Assembly: GCA_003344405.1 (NCBI GenBank)
Contig: NOWV01000213.1
Coordinates: 62,001 to 122,365 of the forward strand
Origin: Trichoplax sp. H2
Lineage: Eukaryota
DNA length: 60,365 nucleotides
Direction: 5' to 3'
The notes beneath the pieces were generated by a model, which saw only the letters and a list, made by a program, of their open reading frames with translations, made no database searches and was not told the origin of the DNA. This document shows, in pieces, positions 1 through 14,571 of this stretch (position 1 is its first letter; each line of letters starts with the position of its first letter). The translations under genes and the position numbers were made by a program.

Positions 1-623
1 GCGAACCAAATAATTTTAATAGATATAGATATAAATATAGATAATTTTGAAAAAGCGGTTCTGACCGTCCATGATATCTTCAAATGAATATAATTTTCTA
101 CATAGAGACGGTGAGTAATTATAGTGGTACTTAATAGTTAAGCGTAACAAGAAGTTAGCTCTAAGCGTAATTCGTTAATCCTACTAACCTTGTTTAAAAG
201 AAAATTGCAATTAAAAGCCGACATCGTAGCTTATACGTTTTTCGAGTTTTAAAAAATTATGTAACTTATATTATAATTAAAAAAGTCTCAGATTTTAGAA
301 ATACTATAATCGTACGCAAGGTAAATGTAGCAACTTTTGTGAGTCAAAACTGAAGATTTTATGATGATACAAAGAATGTAAATGATGCATTATTAAATAT
401 TCAAGCGACATAGACTTTATTGCCGTCCACTTAGAAACTTGCAAGAGGTGGAAGATAGCTTTATCTTTACCACGCTAACCGTTAAATACCAAGTGCAAAA
501 TTTCGGCATAAATTTGAACCATTTTACGCTTATTCTAAACCAACGATCGGAGACTTTGGTTTATCATCATCCTTGCAATATCTGCGTATTCATGCCTAAC
601 CAAAACAGTTTATCTTTAGCAGT

Positions 624-3600
624 CTAATCGATTTCTGTTATAAGTTTAGATTACTCACAACTACTTTATCTCAATACAAAACTATAATCGATCAGTCCAT
701 ACAAATTACTTTGAGAATTATGTTCGCTGAATTATGTACGGAAGCGACTTTTAATATTGAGAATATGTTTAAAAGTTAATTGATGCGAATTGATTGAATC
801 ATAGCTTATAATATTTTCTAATAAAAATATGCGAATACTAATACATTGTAGTAACTTTAATCGCATCATACTGATAATATTAGTAATATTCTTCGTAAGC
901 AAATGACTTAGAACATCATTTCTATCGCTCAATAGCACAAAATAAGTAAATGTTTAGTAAACTATGTACGATGAAATAATTTATGTTTCGCCAATAACAA
1001 ATTAATCTGTTAATGGTTCAAAGCTAATTATAAAATTACCTTCGACGAACGACTCTCTCAAGTTCTCTTCATTTACATCATTTGGCTGTTAAAATCAAAT
1101 AAATCAGAAATTTACAAACGATTTATGAAATGTAAGTTGGAAAATATGGGTGAAATATTGATTATCTGATAGGGTCTATTAATATTTTAACTTACTAAAA
1201 ATATAGAACTTGAAATAACTTCAGTCGGTTTCCCGTTTTTCCCTTCACATTGTATGATTATTTGACAAAGTTCTGCTGGCTCATCATCAGACAGTTGACA
1301 TCGGTATGTGACTGAATAAATATTTCTCGCATTCCAGTTAATGTAAATATCTTTGATGCTATCTTTTGAATCAACTGAGTTATGAATTAGATAGCTCGAG
1401 AGAAATTTAATTTGATAGTAACCGTTCTTCAAGCAAGTAACATCTTCCAAATCATTAAATAATTCATGCTGCTCAACAGATTTATACCGCTTTGGTTCAT
1501 ATGGAATACCTTTTTGCGTAATAACAATTTCAATGAAAGCTGAGCCTTTGCCAGTTACCGATAGAAACACTCTGAAGTCAATCTGCTGCTGTAAGCGAAG
1601 ACTAAGAAATTGTGGACTTTTTGCACTGAAGTTCTTAGATGGCCGCTCAGAATGATTTATTCCAGCACAAAAGTAGGCAAAATGATCAATTTGGAAAACA
1701 CACGCTTTTTCTGTCCTTTTTAAAGGATTTCCAATATCATCATCTGTTGACCATTTTGCATACAGATTCTTGCCAGAAAACAATTGTATCAAGTTTTTTT
1801 CTTCATCATCTATCAAACTAGATGGTTTCGATTCCATTCCATGAAAGAAAGGCAATTGTAAAGTCGGATATTGCGAGTTCTTAATCAATTCTAAACGATC
1901 AGGCTCAATTCTAATAATTGGTGATAGCAGTGTTGCTTTAATATTTTGAATACCATAGTTGTACGGTGGATCTGCAAAATAAACGGTTATAGTAATTTCT
2001 GTATCTCTCGCTAAACATTCTACAGGAATTTTTAGCTCAAAGCCAGGCAAGGACTCCATTTTGATGATGTTATTTTCATTGGCTTTACACAAAAATTTTT
2101 CAGATGGGTATTGAGTCATGACTATAATGTAATAAATGAGGTAATTATATATATATACACGTATGAAAGATTAAATCTTTTTATTCAGGCTATATCAAGA
2201 GAAAGATAATTTATTACATCTAATGGTCTAAAATTGATAGATTGCAGAATAAAATTATAGTAAGCAATAAGTAATTATCAGCTATACCTTCTGGTCGTTC
2301 TTTAAGTCTTGATGTTGCGCAACGGTACAATTGTTGGCCGATAGCTTTGATCTTCTCTAGGGAACTGGCAGATAAAGCAGAAGCCAATTCATAAAACTTT
2401 AGCTGGGCCATGCATTTTAGTAACATCACCATGTGTTTTTCATCTCTTTCTTGAGATGAAATATTCAAAGAGAGACTTTTCTCTCTCGCAGAAAGCAACA
2501 AATTGCTTTGTATATATTTCTTTACTTCCTTGAATATGCCTGGGTCCGACAAAGATTTGAGCAAAAATTTACTTATTATTTCGTTAATATCGCAATTTGG
2601 TAAAATTGACTTCCAATTGGTTCCTAAAAAATATAGTATTTCCGTTGTAAGTCTTATTGCCATGTAAGTAATTGCTAAATTTTATAAATTTATATTTTTA
2701 TAAATAGCTGTTTTAAGTTATCCTGTGATTGACTCGTAATTAATGGCCAGCCAATAAATCAATTCATTGCTTAATTTTAAGTAAAATAGTCCGTTGGAAG
2801 TAAGTATACAGTTACCGTTTAGGTTATTTTCTTTCATAAGATGGCAATTATCGCTTCTTTCCTGTATTTCTAGAGTAACAGTAACTTTAGGTTAAAGAAT
2901 TACATGTTTAAAATGTGAAATTTATAATTTTGAAAAATGTTAAAGTTAGTTTGACAATTGTTTAAATTTTATTAGATTACTTAATCTGTAACAGCAGTTG
3001 GGATGAATATAACGTGATTTGCTGACAATATTAGTACATTATCATTTCTATTAGATTTGCAAGTGATCAAACATTAAAAGTAAATATCATAGTTTCACTG
3101 TTTTTAAAAGCGGAGGCGCTTGAAAAAACTTTAAATGCGGCACAATTAAAAATATCTGTTGCTTATAATGCTATTGGTAGCTAAATTCTTTATAATGCCA
3201 ATTATACTTGAATACGAACAGAAAATTAACTGTTGCTATGCTGAACATCAATTTATTTTATGGCAAAATTTAACCAGTATCATTAATTCTTTGTTCGATT
3301 TACTTAATTTTAAATACCGTATAAATCCATTTTAGGAGAACTAATCCAACTTGAATCAATTAGACATGCTGCATACGAGCCTTACGATATCAACAGTCGA
3401 GTAACTATCACAAATAGTTTAATTTCAAACTACAGTTGTTGACAAATTACATGCTTTAAGATTCGATAAACTTCATTTATACGTGAAAAGTCAGGATTAA
3501 ATTTTACTGTACTGTCTATATGCAGAGTCATTTTTTCTTATCTATCTTCCTATCTTGTATAAGATTGGTCGCTTCAGTACGTTACGCTGGTTTTTGGGTA

Positions 3601-4006
3601 AATAATAAACTAAATATCCATTACCGGTTACCGCTTGTCAAATTTTGCGCCAAAAGATTACACCCAGAAAACTGTCATGACCTTTAAGGCTTAATTTGCT
3701 AAGCTTTACTTTACTAACGCTGCTTCTGTCTGGGTTCCTATTAGGATTTAAATGTGGTCTACGACTAATTTACTTACCCATTTCAGGTTTCCCGATATCA
3801 TTCGGCGTTTTATCATGTTTCTTATTTTGAAATGAATCATCATTTCGATCATTCGTATCTTGCAAAATAATATACACAGTTTCTATATGTTGTCCCTTTG
3901 TAGGCTTCGTTGAGTTCTTGATCACTGGTTGATTTGATTCTTTGCGAAAAGTATACAGGAAATTATCGGAGTTGAAATTTGGCGAAGGTTTAGATTTCGT
4001 ATCCAT
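624..4006 (-). CDS. Gene A: spliced polar N-terminus - CARD-like - ZU5-like - UPA-like protein (~533 aa); paralog of gene D
   Basis: Hand-spliced exons 4006-3778, 2869-2816, 2623-2288, 2121-1196, 1085-1040 and 634-624. All introns are GT-AG, phases are compatible (1,1,1,0,1), and the 1602-nt total is in frame. ZU5-like motifs: 'GFELKIP', 'LLSPIIRIEP', 'LQLP', 'IDHFAYF'. The 336-nt exon aligns by eye to the gene C CARD. Exon lengths 336, 46 and 11 nt are identical to gene D. Confidence 0.8.
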
Positions 4007-7000
4007 AATGATGCAGGTTTATCAAAATTACTCATTGACTTTCTATTTCTAAAGCTGGCAAATCCATTCTAAAAATTTTAATATACTAGCAATGTTAAAA
4101 ATTAAACGACCGTTGAAGGATTGGCCCGATCGTGAACAGCCAGTTACCAAAAGAAGTTATTTGCATGGCGACTCGTTAATAATGCTCTATAGAGCGTCCA
4201 ATTATGCTTATTTTCGATCATCAATATAATTCATTATTACTCTTACAATTACCAGCCTAAGATATTACGTAAAACTGTACGCTATTCGAAATCGCAGTCT
4301 TTGTCTCGATGGACCCATTATATTACATATCTAATAAATAATTATCTCTATTCATCATGTTTCTTAAATTGCTTTTTCAGCTGCCTTTTTCCCATCGGGG
4401 TTTATTCTATTGTATTGCGAATAATGTTTGCTTACTGTGACTGTATTATTGTTTACTACAATTTCGTAAATTAGGATAGCCTTTACACCTACTCCTATAA
4501 CCAAAATCGTAGAATTGATGAAACTTAAAAGCTTAAGAAAACGATTACGGTGATCAAATCTTTCGTGGTTTGTCACACCATGAGAATTCAATAAAATTTT
4601 TGATTTAATTGACTATGAAATTTTTAGGCTGAATTATATTTAAAATTGTTTGTTGTAATAAATATTAGTTTCGATGCAAATGCATCTTACTATTAATTAT
4701 AATGCTTAGATACAATTAAATTAGCATAAATTTGAATAACTTGCGTCAGATAGAAAGTTTCAGTTAAATAACAATGGCTACTAATAGTTGACAGAGATTT
4801 CATTGTCACAAATTGACAACATGTTACCCGTCCCTTTTAGTCTTACTTCTCTATATCTAGATGTAAAATTGTTTTGTGATCTCATCAGTGTTTTTAATTA
4901 ACCTTATAAGTAGATATAAGTATCTATCTAACTGATACTTAAATCTACTTACAATGTTAACGGTACAGTCTACCTAATTCTCCCTTCCTTACACAATTTT
5001 TATTCTCATTACCAAAATCCGAAGTAATTGTTTCTAAACTGGAGGCTGTGTTGTCATTTCGGTTTTAATCGTATTGGATTACGTGGCGCTTTATAAATTA
5101 AGGCTTGTGATAGTCATTAATTTAGGATTGGATATTGCAACCGCTTTTCCATTCTTATAGATTTTATTTATCCAGATCATAATTGGTGGCATAGATTGCT
5201 AAGATTTTTTCAGTTATTGAAACGTTTAATATTTATTAACTCTTAACATTATTTCTGAGCAGTTACCGAGCAAAGTTTACAATAGTCCCTAAATAAAGAT
5301 AAAGCTTAAGTAATATTTCTACCGTCATTTCGTAATTTCCGCAAGGAGCATAAATTTGATCGTCATGCGGCCATTTTAACTATAACTTGCACTTGCTACT
5401 ACCAATGCCCGCTCATAATGTTTCGTAAACACTTACAGGAAACAGAAAAAATTTATACTAACGAAATATGCTTTAGCTCTCTACAATTCGTAAATCAACC
5501 CAAAATATTATTATAGAAAGCCGTTTTCGATATCAATGTAAAATGTATCGATCTAGGCCGATTGCGTACGACAACTACCGTACTTATATTATTCGATATT
5601 GAACGCGCTTTAAATTAAAAACACATTCAGTTTTACATCGGCTGATATAATATAAATACTAAGGACAAATTGGAGGTTGGAATACTCTACTGTTCCACTT
5701 CAGTAATTTTACAATTATGAAAGTTCAAAAATGTTGCGATGTTCCTATTCTTTGATTCATATCAAATATGTACGGTAAAATTGAAACAACTATATGATGA
5801 ATAAAATGACTTGCCAGCCACGCAAATGTTCCAGCTATCGATTTGCTCCGAAATTAACTAAACTTGTTAATTAAATTATCAAAATTGCTCCTAATGAGCT
5901 GAAGATATTTAGCAGTAATCCTACTGCCCTTGCATTTCTTTTACTTTTTTCTTATTCTTACTTGTTTATTTCACGCCTTAGGTCTATTATGCTATATCTT
6001 AGTCATTAATCTAGAAAATTCGTTCTATTATAATTGTAACAGCCAACTGATTTTGATTTCCGCTAAGAAAATGCAATAATTTACGTATTTTTATCGCACC
6101 AAATGTAACTCTTAGTACTCTCACTCATATTCTCATTATTTACCCACATCAGCTATGTTTTACGCGTATTTATCGTTGCTGCAAACTGACTGGTTTCCAG
6201 TACTTCTGATTACAGAAATTCGGTTAACCTAATCTTCTTAGCTTTAATAATAATGTATATACAGTATTTACTTTTATTGCACATGCTCTTAAAAATGAAA
6301 GGAAATTAACTAAATGTCTTATGAGAGCATAATATATCTTAATGATCTATAAATATTTAACATTATTAACTGTGCTTTAGCAATGACAGATTATCTACAT
6401 AAATTATATTTTTTAGAAGGATTAGAAAGATGGAAGTATTAACTTTTCTTTGATATACGGGATACTTTGGTGGCGAAGTACAAACTACTTCCTTGTAAGA
6501 TAAATCGTGATGTTGCACGTATTAAGTTATCTGCATTCATAAATCCCTTCCAGCTCCTATTTATCAGTTTAAATTCTTATGGTAATGACATTTTTAAGGT
6601 TATAAAACTGTCTAAAATAAATAGTGATTCTAAAAACTAGCAGCGTAAGTTCTAAGGTATTCTTTTCAGAGCTGTATGATAGGTATAGTAGATTCTTTCT
6701 AGTAATCAATTAACTGGCCTAGTGATATCCGATTTTTGCTGGTATGTAAATTTGATCTAGTTCTGTCTAGATTTTAAAACTGGCAATGTTGAAGCGATGA
6801 TTAGTATTAGATTTTATTTTTATGCTAAATTTACCTTAGAAACAATTGTTATCTGTTTAAATAAGTAGAATATGATAATGCTAAAATAGATTGACTCAAG
6901 CCTGTAGTATAGATGCTTATGGGAAAGTTTAGTAGTAGCTTTCACAAGAACTTAAGAAATTTAGGATTATCTGAATTTAAAAAATTAATTATGTTTAGAT

Positions 7001-7575
7001 CTAACTCCTTCAAGTGCTACATTGTGTGCCATGCTTTATTACTGAGATGACTAATAGATGTCCATTGGTCACTTAACATCCAAAATTTTACCTGCCAAAC
7101 CATAGATCGCTAGATGGAACTGGAGTATGAATCTTAAAGTCAAACTGAGTAAAAAGCTACTATTTTTTTCGAATTGCTCGATTTTTTAAAGCTTCATAAT
7201 TCTGATTGGTTCTTAAATCATAAAACTACTAGCCTATCATCTTCTAAATCATCTTACATAATCTCATTATCAAAAAACAGTTTTTGCAAAGTTACGAAAC
7301 TTTCAGAAATATCTCAAGAAATTTCATAAGAAAATATCATTCTAAAATATTAACTCTATAAAGTAATCATCGTGTCCTTCTAGCTAATATATCTCAATCT
7401 AGCTAATAAATAACCTTGATCATCAAGAATTAGCTATTAAAATAATAATCAAGATAGCTTTACTGATAATATAACAAATGATTTCTGTTACTGTAAAAAG
7501 TATACCAAAATGGAAGTTTGACATCAATACAATTTCAAGTTATTAGAATGAAATATAAATATTTTTGAATTAATT

Positions 7576-7900
7576 TCAGTCCATCTCTCTAATGTATCGC
7601 TGTAGTGAAGCTGCTAGATAAGCTATTATTGTCAACATCTTATGTAAATGTGAATTAGATATAACTTAAGATAATACCAAAATCTTAGTTCTGTAAGTGT
7701 TGAGTTATGTTTGTCATTACTGTTATGTTGTAAAGAAGTTAGATAACGTATTTAAGGAGCCATGCTTTTCTGTCATTGTTATTCTTAGTCCTTCTTTTCT
7801 AAGATCTGCCGTTTTAGGAAGTTTTCCTTGTCTGTCGGAGTTTGTTGTGCTATTGCGTCCGTATGATCTCAATCGATAGAGAACCAGTAATAAAATTTGC
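7576..7900 (-). pseudogene. Possible heavily decayed CARD-like exon, a candidate lost last exon of gene B
   Basis: Frame-broken peptides 'DHTDAIAQQTPTDK', 'NNNDRKAWLLKYVI' and 'IAYLAASLQRYIREMD*' loosely resemble CARD helices of genes C and A. It lies near the mirror position of the gene C CARD exon. Weak similarity only. Confidence 0.25.
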
Positions 7901-10900
7901 TATTCTAAAATCGCTTATGTGAAATATACTTTAATTACAATTAGTAGAACAGGTTTTGTTACAATTGCAGAATCAATATCGTGAAATGCTTTACTGGCAA
8001 AGATTTAGACTCTGTTGAGAGATGCCAACTCAATATCAAAGCCTTAGTTGAGTATCGATAGTAGGTTTGTATTAACTCATAATTTGATCTATCTTTAACA
8101 AAACCCTAAGGATATAGAGTAAAGTGCATTAACAAGAAAGTAAACGAGTTTTTAGTGCTTCGTATTACCGTACTATTTCACAATCAGTTAAGAACAAGTT
8201 CCCAGGCCAAAATGAAAATTTATAAAAATCAATCTTGTGATCATACCGGTAATGATTGAGGTATCTCTATCTAGTGTTAATACTAGCAACCGTATTATAG
8301 GTCGGCACTACTTTCGGCTAGTTTATGAGAAAGAAATTTGACAAGTAATCAGAATTATTGTATAATTAACTACCAATTCCTACCCTCTTTTATTAATTCG
8401 AAAAGATCAGGTTCCATGCAGCGCGCGCTTCGTTCGCACTGACAAAGCAATATAATTGTATGATTTTAAACAGTAGATTTATTAGTAAAGTTAGTATAAC
8501 CTATAATTATGGAGTAGAATTAGAAGTCTAGTTGTATAAATGTAAATACTCTATACTTAAAAGATATGACATTAGTAATCATCACAATTATTATACAGCT
8601 CGTAATGCTGTAACAATTATAAGGTTGTAACGTAAATATTAAATAGCAATTCATAGCATTTACCAGTTTGCGGCTTCTAAATTCAGCATATCTAGAATTT
8701 AGGTGAATACAAAACAGCACTATCAAAGGGATTACAGCTATACGACTTGTAACTGCAAATGCATATCATTTTACTTTGTCGTACATTCCATCTAGCCTTT
8801 TACGAATTACGGTATTGTCGAAATTATAGTATAATATCATGAAAGCAATATAGACCCAATTTCTGTATTTTATTTTCTAATTTGTTGATTTAGTCTGTCT
8901 TATCAGTTAATTAGTATGTCATTGTCACAAACTTATGTTGCGAACTACTACACTAAACTAATAGATTACTTATGCCTTGCTCCTTTACACCTGAAACAGT
9001 CATATACTGTATATTGCAACTGCTGATTTTAGACAGACTATTCCGGATTAAATTGTAGATGTAATAACGGCAATGACTAGCTAATTTCTTTGCTACGGGT
9101 TGCAGAGAATCTACTTAATATAATTAGAATTTTGAAGTAGGCAAGAAATTTTGTCAAATGTAGGATAGTGTAATCTAAAGGTATTTCTATCTGAGTGAGT
9201 ATAATTAATTTTCAGATTAATTTAGTCAAGTACATTAAGACTATTACTTCTCAACAAAGATGCTTCTAATAACGCCTCTGTAATGACCATATGAAGGTAA
9301 TGAAATTTATGTAGATTGAAAAGTACAGGAGTTAGCGAGAATAATTTTATGACCAGAACAACGTAACTAAGTTGGTACTTTAGTGGTAGTTGACTTATTA
9401 TGGTCGACAAGCCTGCTCCTTTATATTTTCATCCCTCCGACTTTAAGCTACATTATAAAACTTCTTTTATTACAATTTAAGTCGCATAAGCTTTGAATGT
9501 TTCAGGATGAATAAATATTGGCACTCTTCCCTTAATTTGTTTGGTATAAGTAGTGAACAACCAATTGCCTTTTACTGTGATTCCAGCACATTGAAAAATC
9601 ACTTACTTTACTAAATATATTTTAGAATATGCATAGAAGCATTAGCTTTAATAAATGTATTAGACATTGCTAAACATTCGAGTATTTTTATTCATCTCAA
9701 ATTTACAATGCATGATAATACAGTATCTTTTTATGTAATGTGATATAGTCGCTATCATGTTTAAGAGCTTATGTTAGCTATTCAACAAAACAGTGAATTT
9801 TAAATAGACTATTTCAGAGTTACAAGCCTCAATTTCAAGACATTTTAGGATAAGATTTGTGAATCAGTAGCAACGAAAGCACTTTGACAAATCTTCTTGT
9901 CGTATCTTACAGTAAATATATTCGTAGATCCTTCTATGCTACTGATTCGCATCAATAGTGTTTCATTTGATACCGCAGGCAATATTATTTCATCCATTAT
10001 TATTTATTTGCAAATTTATATAAAGATATAGTAGATTTCAGCTATACTAAAGTAGTACTTCAATACTCTTGGGATTTTTCAAGTCACAGCACGATTAGTT
10101 TAGCATTGCTGTACCATATTTAATTACGAATAGTCCGAATTAAAAGTAAAATTCGTTTAAATAAGCATATTAAGGACTTTCACGAGATATTTATTATTAA
10201 ATAATCGAATTCAATGAAGACCTGCTTGTACCAGGCAATAGGTCCATTTGCACGGTCAACCAAAGTTTAGTAATCTAGAGTTAGGGGTAATAAAAGCAGT
10301 CGATGTTAATGAGTCTCGTTAGCAGATTAGGCGTGAATTATTATTCCATTTGAATCAAAGAACTTATAACTAGAGTTTATGTCCTAAATGATATTCTGTG
10401 AATAGTCGTTATAAATGATGTATTATTATCGTAGATCGGCGAAGAGACGATTGCCTACTATAACATAGTAGCTCAGATTATTTACAACTGCAGTGTAAAA
10501 GATCTGTAACTATACATATAGAAATCTAGGCATATTATTTTATATAAGCGCAGACTAGTGATAAATTTGTTTAAAATATAATACTGTCCATTGGGTTCAT
10601 TATGGACTTCCAATACTCTACTGCTGTGGACAACAGTGGAATGTAATAAGAAGTTCAAGGCTACGCCAAGGACAAATGATCATAATTTAATTTTAGATGA
10701 ATAAATTCAACAATTGAGATGGAGATTATTTAAAAATAATTAACGAAAAGAAGCAATTAGATAATACGGTAAATTTATGTGGTATTGATAACAAAATTCA
10801 GTGCATTATCTTAAAATACGCGTAGGTCTAGTCTAAGTCATTCAAGTCAGTCTTTGACTTTGCAAGCTTGTTTGATCTCTAGGTGATTTGGTTACATTGC

Positions 10901-11708
10901 AAGTTGACTAGGATATACAATAGCGCGGTAAATAATCTAGCATAGCCATATGTTCAATAACAGTGCAAAGATTAAATCATAATGGTAAGATCAGATTGAG
11001 TTTGTGTTACTATAAGCCTAAAACACACCACGATAATAAATAATGTCTTGTATGGACTGATTCATGATTTTAAGATCTGACTGATAGTAAGAGTGCAACT
11101 TGAATATACGAATCAATGTTGTTATATTCAAGTGTTTTACTAATATGATACAAATGATGAATTAATTAATCAGAAATAAATTTAATTCCATAATAATAAT
11201 GACAGGAATATTGCTATATCATCACAATCTGTGATAGTATTGTAATGTTATAAAACGTACTATTATCGCAAATCACCTCTACTGACTTACCTATAAATAA
11301 TTATGATGCGTATCAACATGCCTGTCTGATAATGAATTGTTTTTGTCTGTTAAATTAATAAGATGATTAAAAAAATCATCAACAAAATCGGCACAATAAT
11401 ATTTCTATCGCCAATGACTTTGTAAGAAAATGTGACTATGAACTGTTTGAGTAAACAGTGCCAACATTTGTTTATTCAGTTGGTGAACTATGCATAATGT
11501 TATTAACTTGCATTGTTGAAAGTAGATGGTTATAGTTAAACAGTTTATCAAATTACTCTTATTTAGCTTACGCTGTTACTATCGAAAATAAGACTGTATT
11601 CCCAATACAATAAATTTAACCATCTTCAAATTTTCGATATTTCCGTGCAAAACATTCATCAGGTTAATTTATCAGTTAGTCAACCGTTCAATAAGTACGA
11701 GTATTTAC

Positions 11709-14571
11709 CTGTGACTGATGATTTCTTATTTTGGTTAGCATCCAATGTTTCAGCATTGGGCTTCTCAGCAATAGGCTATTACAAATGAAGATTTCGTAGA
11801 TTTAACTAAACTTAGATTTTATTCTAAAATGCTTATTTTAACCCTAGCTACTGGACGAGTATCTTACCCTTGGGATAAAACTCGAATCGATCTCCAAACC
11901 CATGGAATTATGAATAGTGATCTGGCACAATTCAGGTAGTACAACGGCTGTGCTTCGTTCCTTGCATCGATACGATATCAAGATATGGTCCTTATTATTT
12001 AGTCGTAGAGGCCTGACCATTGAATTTTTCTCCCTTTCCAGCTCGTCTAGCATAAGGTGCTTCGGCGTGAATCGAACTTCATACTGCTCGTTTTCACTTA
12101 GTGGAATGGATGCTTTAAAATTATTTGAAATTTCAAGTTGATTGAATCTTGAAGGGTAAGGTTTAGGCTTATATTGGTAGCCATGGCGTACGAAAACCAA
12201 CCGTAAATAGATAGTTTGGCCTGTTGTGCGTATGATGTACGACCGACAGAAGAATAAATGGTCGAATTCGCTAGTCTTTTCAGGTTGACGATGAGCAGGG
12301 TTAGCATCCGTGAATTCTTAGAGATAAAATCAGAATCGAACATATTAGCTTAGAATGTGAGCGGTAATATTTTTACTTAGTTGTAGCTGAAGGCAAAATT
12401 GAAGTTGCACTACGATTGCAGGTAAATCGATTTAATTGATATGATAAGTGGGTGATTGTCAATAAAAACTGTCAAAGGATATGTTAAAACTGTTCTACAA
12501 ATCGGTTGTCAAGGCTTCCAGGAATTTGTTCCAATAATATTCAATCATGCCTTACTTTGGTAGCTACAGGCGATAGATGAAATACAACTTCGATTCAATT
12601 GAAGCGTTACAATTTGTAATTCAGCTACAATCTAATTTCACGGTATCGATTTGAAGTGGTCAAGTTCGAGCAATCCCTTAATGTAGCTATTAGACCAGAA
12701 TTACGACGTGACTTGTAAAATGGTTGGAGCGACTGATAGTTTGTATTAGAAACTTGAAAGAAATACAATTATTCCATCCTGCGATAACAAGGAATCAAAG
12801 TATCAAGAGCCAATAGCTCAAGGTTGTACTGATCTGCCTGCATGGAATTGGCGTAGAAATAATCTAAGGCAACAACATAATTAAGCATCTTTCAACAATT
12901 GTATGTCAAGGGCTTGCCACGCCCCTGTGCTCCCGGTCTATACTGTATATATTGTTACGTCTATAAGCAGTCGTTAATTTGATACCCCCATTAGGGTAGG
13001 GATTCGAATTGAACAAGCTAGACTTAATTAACTACTCTAATTGTACTCAATGCGATAAGCCGTCGACATAATGAAAATAAGGAAAGGAAAAGCAGATTGA
13101 TACCAAACGGCGGGAGCAAATTTCACTACATAGATTGGTCTAAAATTGAGTTCTTGAAATGAAAAATTTGTCCATCGGTAACACGATCTCATAATGTGTC
13201 GTGCCGTACGGACGTCTCATGTACACCTGTACGATACGGTGTTAGGGTCACCTGTTGAACAATTTGGTACCATTGTAACCGGCCTGCGACACTTTTTTAA
13301 AAGTCGTGATAGCCCGGCTACGGATTCAGCGCACACGACTTATTACAGTATAGAATATAAGCACTGAATAGATCATGTTTGATTTTCATGTTACGACGAG
13401 AGATGAATAAACTCACTCTCATAATTGGTACAGAATGGACACTAGCCATTGATTCATTTCATATTTTTTGAGATATGTCAATCTATGTCGAATGTATCAT
13501 TAAGGCAGCTTGAAATGGATAGGGCTAAATTGTAGACAGGCATTGACGAATGGCTTAAGCACGGCTTAAGTCAGTACAGTAACAATATTCGGAGTCACTG
13601 TCGAACAAAGTACAGTAATGGAAAGTAAAAAAAACATAAATAAACAACTGCTCTAACGTTGAACGATATCGCAGAATAAAAAATACATATTGGATCAACA
13701 TCATCCATACTATGGATTCCACAATTAATATATGAATGAATCACGATGATCAACACTGTATACCTTTATTAAAAGAACGCTTTCCTGGTGGTGATGCGAA
13801 AAATTGATTTTCTTTTTTGCATTGTTTTGCGTCGCTACCAACGAATAGACTGGATGCGTCATCGCTGTTGAAAATTTCCATTTTTGAAACAGTGACATTT
13901 GGATTCATGTTCTCCAGTAAGTTCTCACAAGGATGATTTGGTTGCTGATAACCCGGCCAAGACTTGATCCTATCGTGATGATGTCCATGATAGAGTATGA
14001 TGGAATCGACAGATTCGAACGCGGGATCACCGTACTTGTCGGGTGAATTTTTTCCCATAGTGAAGGTAGTGTTGCGATGCTCCGAGTCAATGTTGTCGTT
14101 CGCGGGTTGATAGTTTTGGTACTGATACGAAGCTCTTAGATAGGTTTGGATAGCGGCTGCGGGAAAACCCAATTTTTGCAGTAAAATCTTCAACCAAAAT
14201 TTCGGATCCTCTACGGCTAGGGACAAGCTAGTTTGCCGTCTGAGAACTATCTTCATGCTGTCAGCATTCGCATTAGATCTATTTGCCAATTGGTGAGCAA
14301 TACTGTCAGCTTTCAAATAGGCCGCTTTGGCTTCGGTTGCCATTCCATGTCGGGTATAAATTTGAAAGCTCCAAAAATAACAACCGAATACGATTCGGCG
14401 TAATCTCCAATCGAAGGTAAGTCTTGCTGAAGATTGAATTTCATCGATCACTTTGTCGAAATAGGAATTAGCCAGGTGCGGGTTTCCTTCATCATGGCGC
14501 CATCGACAAGCATCCACATAGAGATCATAAATTTTTTGGGTATTAACCAACTTGAGAGATTTGTTTGCCAT
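11709..14571 (-). CDS. Gene B: TPR-like N-terminus - polar linker - UPA-like domain; paralog of gene C; last exon unresolved
   Basis: Exons 14571-13764 (MANKSL..., phase 1), 12316-11868 (acceptor tttatctctaag; EFTDANPAHRQ...ELCQITIHNS...IPR; phase 0) and 11775-11709 (67 nt, phase 0-1). The N-terminus aligns to gene C exon 1, and exon 2 aligns to the UPA-like half of the A/D/E exons. A candidate short last exon is 10907-10879 (VNLQCNQIT*). Confidence 0.72.

Noticed and set aside
9700..9790. Minus-strand peptide 'ALKHDSD' matching 'LKHDSD' in the gene C CARD
   Set aside because: The flanks show no CARD similarity, most codons differ (including TCA vs AGC for Ser) and there is no in-phase acceptor; likely chance.
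12098..12343. Track ORF overlapping 11844-12200, suggesting a frameshift in gene B
   Set aside because: The 11844-12200 frame is open upstream to the acceptor at 12317 and aligns to gene C exon 2, so 12098-12343 is an off-frame shadow.
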